From assembly GCA_963928415.1 (NCBI GenBank), contig CAWVEX010000003.1, positions 10,632-74,631 on the forward strand: 64,000 nucleotides of DNA, written 5' to 3'. Position numbers and translations under genes: made by a program. The stretch is from Bacillota bacterium (GTDB lineage: Bacteria; Bacillota; Clostridia; TANB77; CAG-508). Position 1 is the stretch's first letter. Each line of letters begins with the position of its first letter. The notes under the pieces were generated by a model. It saw nothing but the letters and a program-made list of their open reading frames with translations. It searched no databases and had not been told where the DNA came from. Below are positions 18,827-28,044 of this stretch, piece by piece.

Positions 18827-19288
18827 ATGAAATATGATAAAAAAGTATGCCCAATCATAGATGTTGATGGAGTTTTAGCAGCTGGAAAACAATATGATTT
18901 AGATATAACAATATCAAAGGATAGAAGAACTGTTATTTACGGAATAGTAAAGGATGAATGTGGTGATCCAATTGAAGATGCAGTTGTAAAATTAGTTGAA
19001 GTTGATTGTGACTGCAATGATGAAAGGAAACCAGTTTCTCACACTTTTACAGATAAAAATGGAGAATTTGTTTTCGGACCACTTTGCCCAGATAGATACT
19101 ATTCAATAGAAATTTGGGCAAATAAAGTAAAACATTCAAAAATATGTGCTAAAGTGGAAAAAGATTTTAAATGTTTAAAAGGTGAAAAAATAGATTGTGA
19201 TTGTAAAATGGATTGTAAACCTGAAAAACCAGAATGTCCAAAACCACCAAAGCCAGATGAATGTAATTATTGCGACATAGACAAATAA
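18827..19288 (+). CDS. Cysteine-rich protein with a carboxypeptidase-regulatory-like (transthyretin-like) domain; possible spore coat component
   Basis: 153 aa with 13 Cys. The core YGIVKDECGDPIEDAVVKLV...TDKNGEFVFGPLCPDRYYSIEI matches the CarboxypepD_reg pattern. C-terminal CDC/CKPEKPECPKPPKP tail. Confidence 0.55.
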   Translation: MKYDKKVCPIIDVDGVLAAGKQYDLDITISKDRRTVIYGIVKDECGDPIEDAVVKLVEVDCDCNDERKPVSHTFTDKNGEFVFGPLCPDRYYSIEIWANKVKHSKICAKVEKDFKCLKGEKIDCDCKMDCKPEKPECPKPPKPDECNYCDIDK

Positions 19289-19483
19289 CTCAAGGAAAAA
19301 GTCAATTTACTTTATTAATAAAGCAAATTGGCTTTTTTGATGATAAGATTTATATAGCTAAAATTAATATAAATGGAATATAGAGTTTAAAAACTAATTT
19401 ACTATTGCATAATAATAATTGAAATTTCTTATAAAAAATGTTAATATAATAAAGTAAAAATTATTTAAAGGAAGGCGAATATT

Positions 19484-20320
19484 ATGGATGATAGACCAAT
19501 AGGTATGTTTGACTCAGGTGTAGGAGGCCTTACAGTATATAAAGAAATCAAAAAAGCAATGCCAAATGAAAAAATAATTTACTTAGGAGATACTAAAAAT
19601 TTTCCATATGGTTCAAAGTCTAAACAAAGTATAATTGAATTGTGCAAAAAGAATATAGACTTTTTGTTAAAACAAAATGTAAAGATAATAGTTATAGCTT
19701 GTGGAACTGCAACAAGTCAAGCATTAGAAGAAGTTAGAAGAATATATAAAGTTCCTATAATTGGAATTATACAACCAACAATAGAGTACATAAAGAGCAA
19801 AGAGAACTTAAGAACTATTGGAGTTATAGCTACAAGGGGTACAATAAGAAGTAACTCTTGGAAAATAAATTTAAAAAAGCAAATTAAAGATGTAAATGTT
19901 TATAATAAAGAATGTCCACTTTTAGCACCTATGGCAGAAGAAGGCTGGATAGATAATGAAATTGCTAAACTTACTATACAGGAATATATAAAAGATTTTC
20001 CTAAGCTTGATGCACTTATACTAGGATGTACACATTATCCATTATTTAAAAAAATAATTAAAGAGCAAATGCCAGATACAGAAATAATTAATACAGGTGA
20101 GCAAATTGCTAAATATATCAGAAAAAATATGAATAGGATTGAAGAAATAGTAAGCAATGTAGATGAAAAAGATATAGAGAATATTAAAGAAAATAATAAA
20201 ACTATAACAAATAGTAAAATGCAAGATGAAATATATTTAACAGATACAGAGTGCAATTTTGTAAATGTATCATACAAATTATTAAATGAAAAAATAGAAT
20301 TAAAAAAAGCAGATATTTAA
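19484..20320 (+). CDS. murI: Glutamate racemase
   Basis: PIGMFDSGVGGLTV, FPYGSKS, IACGTAT and GCTHYP motifs. Confidence 0.9.
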   Translation: MDDRPIGMFDSGVGGLTVYKEIKKAMPNEKIIYLGDTKNFPYGSKSKQSIIELCKKNIDFLLKQNVKIIVIACGTATSQALEEVRRIYKVPIIGIIQPTIEYIKSKENLRTIGVIATRGTIRSNSWKINLKKQIKDVNVYNKECPLLAPMAEEGWIDNEIAKLTIQEYIKDFPKLDALILGCTHYPLFKKIIKEQMPDTEIINTGEQIAKYIRKNMNRIEEIVSNVDEKDIENIKENNKTITNSKMQDEIYLTDTECNFVNVSYKLLNEKIELKKADI

Positions 20321-20393
20321 TAAAAAAATAATTACAGGAAAAAATATTACAAATATTGACAAACTACTATTATAAAAGAAGGGAATATAAAAA

Positions 20394-20816
20394 ATGAAAC
20401 AAAAAATAAATGTGGATAAAATAAAAACAAGGGAAGTAAGTCAAGAAGAAATTAAGAAAAATGAATTGGAAACCAAGAAAAAAACGTGGCTTTTTTATAG
20501 AGTGCCAATTGTATTAGTTATAATATTGGCCTTAATATATATAGCAACTTATCAAAATTTACTTTTAATTCCAATAGCAATTATATTTGTAGTAGTTCTA
20601 TATGGATGGGACTGCCATAGTAGAATTTGTCAAAATTGTAAAAAATGGAATGCAACAGTAACTTTAGATGCAAAAACAGTTCTTAGAAAAGACCAAATAA
20701 TAAAGAAAAATTTATTTGGAAAAGATAAAACAAAGGAAAAAAGAAATATTGTAAATAAAACCAAAATAAAATGCTTAAACTGTGGACATATAGAGGAAAT
20801 AGAAAAGATTAAATAA
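20394..20816 (+). CDS. Hypothetical 2-TM protein with C-terminal zinc-ribbon (CxxC...CxxC)
   Basis: 140 aa; CQNCKKW...CLNCGH. Confidence 0.55.
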   Translation: MKQKINVDKIKTREVSQEEIKKNELETKKKTWLFYRVPIVLVIILALIYIATYQNLLLIPIAIIFVVVLYGWDCHSRICQNCKKWNATVTLDAKTVLRKDQIIKKNLFGKDKTKEKRNIVNKTKIKCLNCGHIEEIEKIK

Positions 20817-20869
20817 TAAAAGTCATAACCTCTAGTAAGGTGCATATACATTAACTGGAGGTACTTTTT

Positions 20870-21095
20870 ATGTTTGTAGTATTCAATAAAGAAAAAATAT
20901 ACTCTTATTTAGTATCAATTCGGAACTGTAGTAATCTTATTTGTCATGGCAATAGCAATTACAAATCGTAATGAAAAGATAATAGAAACTTCAACAAACA
21001 GTATAATTTCAAATAAAATTGAGCAAAATGAATATATAAAAGCTGAAGAATCTAAGGAAAATAATACAAATATTACAAAAATGTTACAAAAATAA
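20870..21095 (+). pseudogene. Possible frameshifted small membrane-protein gene
   Basis: SD GGAGGT plus ATG at 20870 gives MFVVFNKEKIYSYLVSI, then a stop after 33 codons. The +1 frame continues as a TM helix FGTVVILFVMAIAI... to a stop at 21095. Confidence 0.25.
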
Positions 21096-21220
21096 AAGAA
21101 AATCAACTTTTTATGTAGACAAATTAAAAAATATGTTGTATAATAGGTTATAGCGCATAGGTATTCTAAAATTTTATTAGATAAATAAGATACACAAGAA
21201 TAGTTAAGGAGGAAAGGAAA

Positions 21221-21967
21221 TTGGAAACAAATTTTGCTGACAACAACCGCATTACATTGGTTGGAAAGATAACAGATGATAAGAAATTTAGCCATGAAAT
21301 TTATGGAGAAAAATTTTACATTTTTGATTTAAGTGTACCACGTTTAAGTGGAAACGCAGATGTAATACCAGTTACTATATCTGAAAGATTATTTAGAGAT
21401 GAAGACTTAGTTATTGACAAAAAAGTAAAAATAACTGGTCAATTCAGATCTTATAACAGTTATGAAAATGAAAAGAACAAATTAATCTTAACTGTGTTTG
21501 CAAAAGATATTGAATTTTTACCAAATCAGGAAGAAGAAATAGTTGCAAGCAAAGACTTAATTTCAAATGAAGTTATTTTAACAGGATATATCTGTAAGCA
21601 ACCTATTTACAGACAAACACCTTTTGGTAGAGAAATTGCAGATATTCTTTTAGCAGTAAATAGAGCATACAATAAGTCAGATTATATCCCTTGTATTACT
21701 TGGGGGAGAAATGCAAGATATTGCTCTAAAATGCCTGTAGGAACAGAAGTAAAGGTTGTAGGTAGAGTTCAATCAAGAGTTTATGAAAAGAAACATGAAG
21801 ATGGAACTGTAGAACAAAAAGTTGCTTATGAAGTTTCTATATCTAATTTAGAAGTTATGGATGAAAAGAAAAAACCAGAAGAATCTGAGAGCCAAAACGA
21901 AAGCTCAAATATTCAAACTGAAGATTCTGCAACAATTAGCGAAAATAACGAAACTGTGCAAGCATAA
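21221..21967 (+). CDS. SSB-like protein with two tandem OB-fold-like halves
   Basis: 248 aa, TTG start after AGGAGG. Both halves show the pattern N.V.L.G.I...P......G......F.L.V.R......D.I....W, and the second half resembles short clostridial SSBs. There is no acidic DDD(I/L)PF tail. Confidence 0.5.
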   Translation: METNFADNNRITLVGKITDDKKFSHEIYGEKFYIFDLSVPRLSGNADVIPVTISERLFRDEDLVIDKKVKITGQFRSYNSYENEKNKLILTVFAKDIEFLPNQEEEIVASKDLISNEVILTGYICKQPIYRQTPFGREIADILLAVNRAYNKSDYIPCITWGRNARYCSKMPVGTEVKVVGRVQSRVYEKKHEDGTVEQKVAYEVSISNLEVMDEKKKPEESESQNESSNIQTEDSATISENNETVQA

Positions 21968-22043
21968 TAAAAAATATAAACCTTAGTAAAAGTATGGTAC
22001 TTTGCAAAGCAAGGTACTATATTTTTTACTTATATAAATATTT

Positions 22044-22060
22044 TGTCGAATTTTGTCTAA
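22044..22060 (+). promoter_or_regulatory. Tandem Spo0A-box-like sites (TGTCGAA + TGTCTAA, 10-bp register)
   Basis: A perfect 0A box TGTCGAA at 22044-22050 and a 6/7 copy at 22054-22060, about 40 bp upstream of a candidate -35. Confidence 0.4.
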
Positions 22061-22090
22061 GAAAAAATAAAAGAAAAATGGAAAATTATG

Positions 22091-22119
22091 TTTACAGAAA
22101 ATTGTAAGAATGATATAAT
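22091..22119 (+). promoter_or_regulatory. Candidate promoter placing the transcription start at or near the ATG (leaderless)
   Basis: TTTACA, 17-nt spacer, TGA-TATAAT (22114-22119). The ATG at 22126 is 6 nt after the -10 and has no SD. Confidence 0.4.
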
Positions 22120-22125
22120 CACTTT

Positions 22126-22824
22126 ATGAAAATAAACTTTAATAGAAAAAACATTAATTTTATATCATTTTTTGTTTCTTTAATAATATTTATAGTTATT
22201 ATCTTTATCTTAAATCTAATAAAAACTTCCCAAAACAATATACAATATTCCTTAAAAGACAATACTAATATTTATCAAAATGAAAATAACAAAACTAATT
22301 TAGATGAAAATACTTACTTAGATTTACAACAAGCTAATTTAGATATTTCATTATCTGAAGTAAGTAATTGGAAAATAGAAATAGAAAAATTAAATATTTT
22401 AGCAGATATTAAAGATGGTACAAGTACTAATATTTTAGAAAAGTCAGTAGGGCATTATACAAACACAAATATTCTAAATGGAGAAATAGCCCTTAAAGCA
22501 TATAATACAGGTCATAATAATAATTATTTTGCAAATCTAAAAGAGCTTGAGATAGGTGATGAAATAAAATATATGGTAAATGAAAATGAAAAAATATTTA
22601 AGGTGGTATCAAATAAAATAATTAATTCTGCTAAGCAAGTTGAAGAAAAAGAAGAACTAGAAGGAATAAATAAAGAAATAAATGAAGAAATCAAGCAAAG
22701 TGATAATGAGGAAGAATATAATTTGGAAAAAAATGATATACTAATTTTAATTACATATGTAAAAGATATGCCTAATAAATTTAGGTGTGTTATTGCTGAA
22801 AATCAATTGACATTTAACCTTTAA
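22126..22824 (+). CDS. Sortase-fold protein with Tyr in place of the catalytic Cys
   Basis: N-terminal TM. IEKLNILADIKDGTS..LEKSVGH, LKAYNTGH, FANLKELEIGDEI, LILITYV (versus L.L.TC) and FRCVIA parallel sortase motifs. There is an acidic low-complexity insert. Confidence 0.6.
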   Translation: MKINFNRKNINFISFFVSLIIFIVIIFILNLIKTSQNNIQYSLKDNTNIYQNENNKTNLDENTYLDLQQANLDISLSEVSNWKIEIEKLNILADIKDGTSTNILEKSVGHYTNTNILNGEIALKAYNTGHNNNYFANLKELEIGDEIKYMVNENEKIFKVVSNKIINSAKQVEEKEELEGINKEINEEIKQSDNEEEYNLEKNDILILITYVKDMPNKFRCVIAENQLTFNL

Positions 22825-22875
22825 AAAATATATAATTAAAATGTTAAAATTGATGTAGAAAGAGGTTTGAACTTT

Positions 22876-24594
22876 ATGAACAAAAAGAAAAGAAATATAA
22901 TAGTTTTTTTATTAATTTTAGTTTTAATTATAGCAGGAATAGTAGGAATTTCAATTTACTTAAACAATTTAAAATATAAATATGAATTATCCACAATACA
23001 AGATAGCCAAATACAGTATTATAAATTAGAACAAGATGGAAAATATGGTGTAATAGATAAAAATGGAAATATTGTATTACAGCCAACTTATGCTAAAATA
23101 GATATTCCAAATCCAACTAAAGCTATATTTATAAAATCAGATGATGGACAAAATTATTCAGCAGTAGATGCAAATGGAAGTCCTCTATTTACTGAATATG
23201 ATAGTGTTGAAGCAATACCAATTAATAGTATAACAAGCAATATTCCTTATGAAAAGTCAGTCTTAAAATATAAACAAGGTGGACTTTATGGAATAATGGA
23301 TTTTGATGGAAATAAAATAACTGAAAATATATATAATTCTATTACTAATATAGACTATAAAGAAGGAAATTTAAGAGTAGAACAAAATGGCAGTTTTGGA
23401 GTAATAAATATTAAGGGAACAACAATCTTAAATCCAGAATATGATGCAATTATGGCAGATGGCTATTATAATGATGAGACAAAATATGAAGATGCAGGTT
23501 TTGTACTTAGAATAGTAACAGATGAAGGTTACAGATTTGGTTATGCAGATAGAACAGGAAAAATTATATTAGATACATTATATAATGAAATTACACGTAT
23601 AAATGAAATTACTAGTAAAGATGTATATCTAGTTACAAGTACAAACGGCAGATATGGATTATATAAAAATAATAAAGAAGTATTAGCAAATGAATATACA
23701 AATATTGAATATGATTCAAACAATAATTTATTAATAGTACAAAAAGATCAGGCAGAAGGTGTTGTTGATTTAGATGGTAATAATATAGTGCCAATAGATT
23801 ATGATAATATTATAGTTGGTGGTAAATATATTGATGCTCAAAAAGGAGAAGATACTGTTGTATTTGATGCAAGTGGCAACAATTTAGATACAGATATTAT
23901 TAGTTATAATCAAGTAAACGATTTAGCAATAGTTATCGATAGAAATAATAATTATAATATTGTAGATCAATCTGGAAATAAAAAGCTTAAAGAAAATTAT
24001 ACGTATATAGAATATTTTAAAGATAATTATTTTTTAGTTACTAAAGACGGAAAAACAGGAGTAATTGATGGAAATGGCAATGTTGTTATAAAATTAGAAT
24101 ATGATGCAATACAAGCCATAGATGGTACAAGTGTTTTACAAGCAATTAAAACTAATGATAATAAAACTGATATAATAGATAGCAATATGAATATTCATGA
24201 AGGAATAGTAAATGCAAATGTTCTAAAAAAGGACAATTATATTAAAATATATTCAGAAACAGATATGAAATATTTTGACTTTGAAGGAAATGAAATAACT
24301 TACAAATCATTATTTGCAAATAATTCATTATATGCAAGCAAAAATAATGGAAAATGGGGATTGGTAGATGCAAATGGTAAAGTAGTAGTACCTTATGAAT
24401 ATGATATGGTAACAGAACAAAATGGAAATGTAGCAGGAGTTAAAAAAGATGGTTTATGGCAAGTTGTAGATTCTACAGGTAAAGTTATAAGCCAAAATAA
24501 GTATAATTTATCTTGGCTTGATGTTACATTCCTAGGACAATATTATAAAGTAAATAATTCTACAAATGGAACAGTATACAGTGGAACTGTTTAA
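22876..24594 (+). CDS. Membrane-anchored WG-repeat (KWG) protein
   Basis: More than 10 repeats of the type GKYGVIDKNGNIVLQPTYAKI / GLYGIMDFDGNKITENIY / GKWGLVDANGKVVVPYEYD. The ATG at 22876 is preferred over the TTG at 22867. Confidence 0.8.
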   Translation: MNKKKRNIIVFLLILVLIIAGIVGISIYLNNLKYKYELSTIQDSQIQYYKLEQDGKYGVIDKNGNIVLQPTYAKIDIPNPTKAIFIKSDDGQNYSAVDANGSPLFTEYDSVEAIPINSITSNIPYEKSVLKYKQGGLYGIMDFDGNKITENIYNSITNIDYKEGNLRVEQNGSFGVINIKGTTILNPEYDAIMADGYYNDETKYEDAGFVLRIVTDEGYRFGYADRTGKIILDTLYNEITRINEITSKDVYLVTSTNGRYGLYKNNKEVLANEYTNIEYDSNNNLLIVQKDQAEGVVDLDGNNIVPIDYDNIIVGGKYIDAQKGEDTVVFDASGNNLDTDIISYNQVNDLAIVIDRNNNYNIVDQSGNKKLKENYTYIEYFKDNYFLVTKDGKTGVIDGNGNVVIKLEYDAIQAIDGTSVLQAIKTNDNKTDIIDSNMNIHEGIVNANVLKKDNYIKIYSETDMKYFDFEGNEITYKSLFANNSLYASKNNGKWGLVDANGKVVVPYEYDMVTEQNGNVAGVKKDGLWQVVDSTGKVISQNKYNLSWLDVTFLGQYYKVNNSTNGTVYSGTV

Positions 24595-24618
24595 AATTAA
24601 TAAAATAAGAGGTAATGT

Positions 24619-25863
24619 ATGTATAAAGAATATGGTATTAGTGAAGAAACATTAAATTTAATAAATAAATGTGAAGAAGAAGTTAAAGAAGAATTTGAAA
24701 AAGTAAATAAAATATGTGAATATAATTCTTTAAAAGTGTTAAAGGCTTTTCATGACAATAATTTATCAGAAGTTCATTTTAATGAAAGTACTGGTTATGG
24801 ATATGATGACATAGGTAGAGAAACTATTGAAAAAATATATAATGAAATATTTGGAGTAGAAGATAGTTTAGTAAGGGGTCAATTTATATCTGCTTCACAT
24901 GCTTTGAATGTAACTTTATTTGGACTATTAAGACCAGGAGATACTATGATAAGCATATGTGGCAAGCCTTATGATACTCTAGATGAAGTAATAGGCCTTA
25001 GAGAAAATCCAAGTTCACTTAAATCATTTGGAGTAAAATATGAACAAATAGATTTAATAGATAATGATTTTGACTATGAAAAAATAAAGACAAGATTAAG
25101 CGAGAAAAATGTTAAGCTAGTAGAGATTCAACGTTCAAGAGGATATGCCTTAAGAAATAGTATAACATTAGATAAAATAAAAAAGGTTATAAAATTAATA
25201 AAAGAAGTAAATCAAGATGTAATAATTATGGTAGATAATTGTTATGGAGAATTTACAAATACAGAAGAGCCATCAAACTATGGAGCAGACGTATGTGTGG
25301 GCTCTTTAATAAAGAATTTAGGTGGAGGTATAGCACCTAATGGAGCATATGTTGTAGGAAGAAAAGATTTAATACATTTAGTAGGTGAAAGATTAACTTT
25401 GCCAGGTGAAGGAAAAGAAGTAGGACCAACACTAGGAATGAATAAAAAAATTCTTCAAGGATTATTCTTTGCACCAAGTGTAGTAGCAAGTAGTTTAAAA
25501 ACAGCAATACTTACAAGTAAAGTAATGGAAAATCTAGGATATAAAGTACAACCAAGATATAATGAGAAAAGGACAGATATAGTTCAAACAATAGAATTCA
25601 ATGATAGAGAAAAATTAATAAAATACTGTCAAGGAATACAAATGGGATCACCAGTAGACTCTAATTCAATACCAGTTCCGGGAGATATGCCAGGATATGA
25701 TGCACAGGTTATAATGGCAGCAGGAGCCTTCACACAGGGTTCATCAATAGAACTAAGTTGTGATGCTCCTTTAAGAGAACCATATCTAGCATTTCAACAA
25801 GGTGGGCTTACTTATGAATATGGGAAAATAGGACTAATGAAAGCAGTAGAAAATCTAAAATAG
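24619..25863 (+). CDS. YnbB / 'aluminium resistance' family PLP enzyme (Met-gamma-lyase-like)
   Basis: STGYGYDDIGRE...LVRGQFISASHAL...LRPGDTM...GKPYDTLDEVIG pattern. Confidence 0.8.
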   Translation: MYKEYGISEETLNLINKCEEEVKEEFEKVNKICEYNSLKVLKAFHDNNLSEVHFNESTGYGYDDIGRETIEKIYNEIFGVEDSLVRGQFISASHALNVTLFGLLRPGDTMISICGKPYDTLDEVIGLRENPSSLKSFGVKYEQIDLIDNDFDYEKIKTRLSEKNVKLVEIQRSRGYALRNSITLDKIKKVIKLIKEVNQDVIIMVDNCYGEFTNTEEPSNYGADVCVGSLIKNLGGGIAPNGAYVVGRKDLIHLVGERLTLPGEGKEVGPTLGMNKKILQGLFFAPSVVASSLKTAILTSKVMENLGYKVQPRYNEKRTDIVQTIEFNDREKLIKYCQGIQMGSPVDSNSIPVPGDMPGYDAQVIMAAGAFTQGSSIELSCDAPLREPYLAFQQGGLTYEYGKIGLMKAVENLK

Positions 25864-25873
25864 GAGAAAAATT

Positions 25874-27184
25874 ATGAATATAGTAATAGTAGGAGGAGGT
25901 CCTGCTGGAATGCTTGCAGCATATAGTGCAAGCTTGCAAGGAAACAAAGTAACAATACTAGAAAAAATGAATACTTTAGGTAAAAAACTTTGCATAACAG
26001 GAAAAGGTAGATGTAATATAACAAGTAGTTTACCTATGGATGAATTTATAAAAAATATACCTGGAAATGGAAAATTTTTATATAGTGCTTTTAAAAATTT
26101 TACTAATCAAGACATTATAAACCTTTTACAAGAAAACGGATTAAAAACAAAAGAAGAAAGGGGAAACAGAGTATTTCCTATTACAGATAGAGCATCAGAT
26201 GTACGAGATGCTCTTATTCATATTTTAAAAAAGCAAAATGTAAGAGTAATTACTAGTGCAAAAGTAGAAAATATTGCAGTTAATGAAGGGAAAGTTACAG
26301 GTGTATATTATAAGTCAGAAAAAAATGATGAATCTAATTTCTTAAATGCAGATAAGGTTATTCTAGCAACTGGAGGAAAAAGTTATCCTTTAACTGGTTC
26401 AACAGGTGATGGATATAAAATGGCACAAAAATTAGGGCACACTATTACTAAAATAAGACCATCTTTAGTTGCACTTAAGGCAAAATCTGAAAATGGATTA
26501 AATTTAGAAAATAATTTATTAGATAATACATTGAATAAAAATATAAATGGAATTAAATGTTATGGATTAGAAACTTGCCAAAAATTACAAGGTTTAAGTT
26601 TAAATAATGTAGGGCTAAAAATATATAGAGAAAATAAAGTTATATATGAAGACTTTGGAGAAATGCTATTTACTCATTTTGGTGTATCAGGTCCAATAAT
26701 TCTAAGTGGTTCAGCACATTTAGTAAGAGGAGATATTAAAAATGTGTTTATAAGTATTGATTTAAAGCCAGCATTAGATGCTGCAAAACTAGATGAAAGA
26801 ATATTAAGAGATTTTTCATCAGAAAAAAATAAAGAGTTTAAAAATAGCCTAGATAAATTATTACCTCAAAAAATGATACCAGTTATAGTCGAAAAAATGA
26901 ATATAAATAAAAAAGTTAATGAAATTACAAAAGAAGAAAGACATAAATTAGTAGAAGTGCTAAAACATTTTAATATTGCAATAGATGATTTTAGACCAGT
27001 AGAAGAAGCTATAGTTACTGCTGGAGGAATTAATATTAAAGAAATTAATCCTAAAACAATGGAATCAAAGATTGTAAAAGGATTATATTTTGCTGGAGAA
27101 ATTATTGATGTGGATGCATATACAGGAGGCTTTAATTTACAAATAGCTTATTCAACAGGATATACTGCTGGATTAAATAGTTAA
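25874..27184 (+). CDS. HI0933/BaiN-family FAD-dependent oxidoreductase
   Basis: IVIVGGGPAGMLAA dinucleotide fold, GKGRCNIT, and C-terminal GLYFAGEIIDVDAYTGGFNLQIA. Confidence 0.8.
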   Translation: MNIVIVGGGPAGMLAAYSASLQGNKVTILEKMNTLGKKLCITGKGRCNITSSLPMDEFIKNIPGNGKFLYSAFKNFTNQDIINLLQENGLKTKEERGNRVFPITDRASDVRDALIHILKKQNVRVITSAKVENIAVNEGKVTGVYYKSEKNDESNFLNADKVILATGGKSYPLTGSTGDGYKMAQKLGHTITKIRPSLVALKAKSENGLNLENNLLDNTLNKNINGIKCYGLETCQKLQGLSLNNVGLKIYRENKVIYEDFGEMLFTHFGVSGPIILSGSAHLVRGDIKNVFISIDLKPALDAAKLDERILRDFSSEKNKEFKNSLDKLLPQKMIPVIVEKMNINKKVNEITKEERHKLVEVLKHFNIAIDDFRPVEEAIVTAGGINIKEINPKTMESKIVKGLYFAGEIIDVDAYTGGFNLQIAYSTGYTAGLNS

Positions 27185-27286
27185 TAATAGGTAAAAAATA
27201 ATTTAAAATTATTAAATTCAATTTAATTAAATTTAATTTATTTTAATTTATTTTATTTATAATTAGATTAGACAAAGGAAGGAAAA

Positions 27287-27940
27287 ATGTTTCAATCAAT
27301 AGAAAGTGAATCAATTGCAGAAATCATAGAAAAAAAATCTAAGTTTATAGCAATACTTTGCAATGTAAATAGTAAAGAAGAAGCGGAAAAAACTATTCAA
27401 GATATAAGGAAAAAGTATTATGATGCAAAACATCATTGCTATGCATATATTGTAAATGAAAAAAATGATGAGGATAATAAAGAAAGTTTAGAAAAAGTAA
27501 ATAACTTTACTCAAATAGAAAAATGTAGTGATGATGGTGAGCCATCAGGTACAGCAGGAGCACCACTTTTATCTCTCTTAAAAGCAAGTAATCTATCAAA
27601 TGTTATAATAATTGTAATAAGATATTTTGGTGGTATATTGCTTGGAACAGGAGGATTAGTTAGGGCATATACTGAATCTGCACAAAATGCTATAAATAAT
27701 GCAAAAATAGTAAAAAAGGATTATGGAATTAGATATAAAATAGAAATAAAGTATGGCAATTTGAAAGAAATACAATATATTTGTAAAAATTTAAAAATAA
27801 ATATAGTAGATATAGAGTATAATGTCAATATAAAACTAACATTAGAGTCTAACATTAAGGCAAAAGAAGATTTAGAAAAAGAAAAAAGTAAAATAATAAA
27901 TTTAGAGTTAATTTGTTCCAAAATTATAACTATACAATAA
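27287..27940 (+). CDS. YigZ / IMPACT-family protein
   Basis: KSKFIA...HHCYAY...DDGEPSGTAG.P...VIRYFGGILLGTGGLVRAY. Confidence 0.8.
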   Translation: MFQSIESESIAEIIEKKSKFIAILCNVNSKEEAEKTIQDIRKKYYDAKHHCYAYIVNEKNDEDNKESLEKVNNFTQIEKCSDDGEPSGTAGAPLLSLLKASNLSNVIIIVIRYFGGILLGTGGLVRAYTESAQNAINNAKIVKKDYGIRYKIEIKYGNLKEIQYICKNLKINIVDIEYNVNIKLTLESNIKAKEDLEKEKSKIINLELICSKIITIQ

Positions 27941-27969
27941 CAAAAAATACAAAAATATGGTAAAAACTA

Positions 27970-27998
27970 TTGCACTATTTTGTAAAATCATATATAAT
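27970..27998 (+). promoter_or_regulatory. Candidate sigma-A promoter upstream of spo0A
   Basis: TTGCAC, 17-nt spacer, TATAAT. Confidence 0.45.
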
Positions 27999-28044
27999 GA
28001 AGTGGTAAAATTTTACAAAAGAATGAATTAGGAGGTAAAAGGTA

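Noticed and set aside
20915-21295. 126-aa minus-strand ORF
   Set aside because: It spans an intergenic promoter region and the 5' end of the SSB-like gene. It has no SD and a low-complexity Phe/Ile/Leu product.
27200-27260. Short AATTTATTTT-type tandem repeats between the HI0933-family gene and yigZ
   Set aside because: This is low-complexity AT-rich slippage of 2 units and is not distinguishable from background composition.
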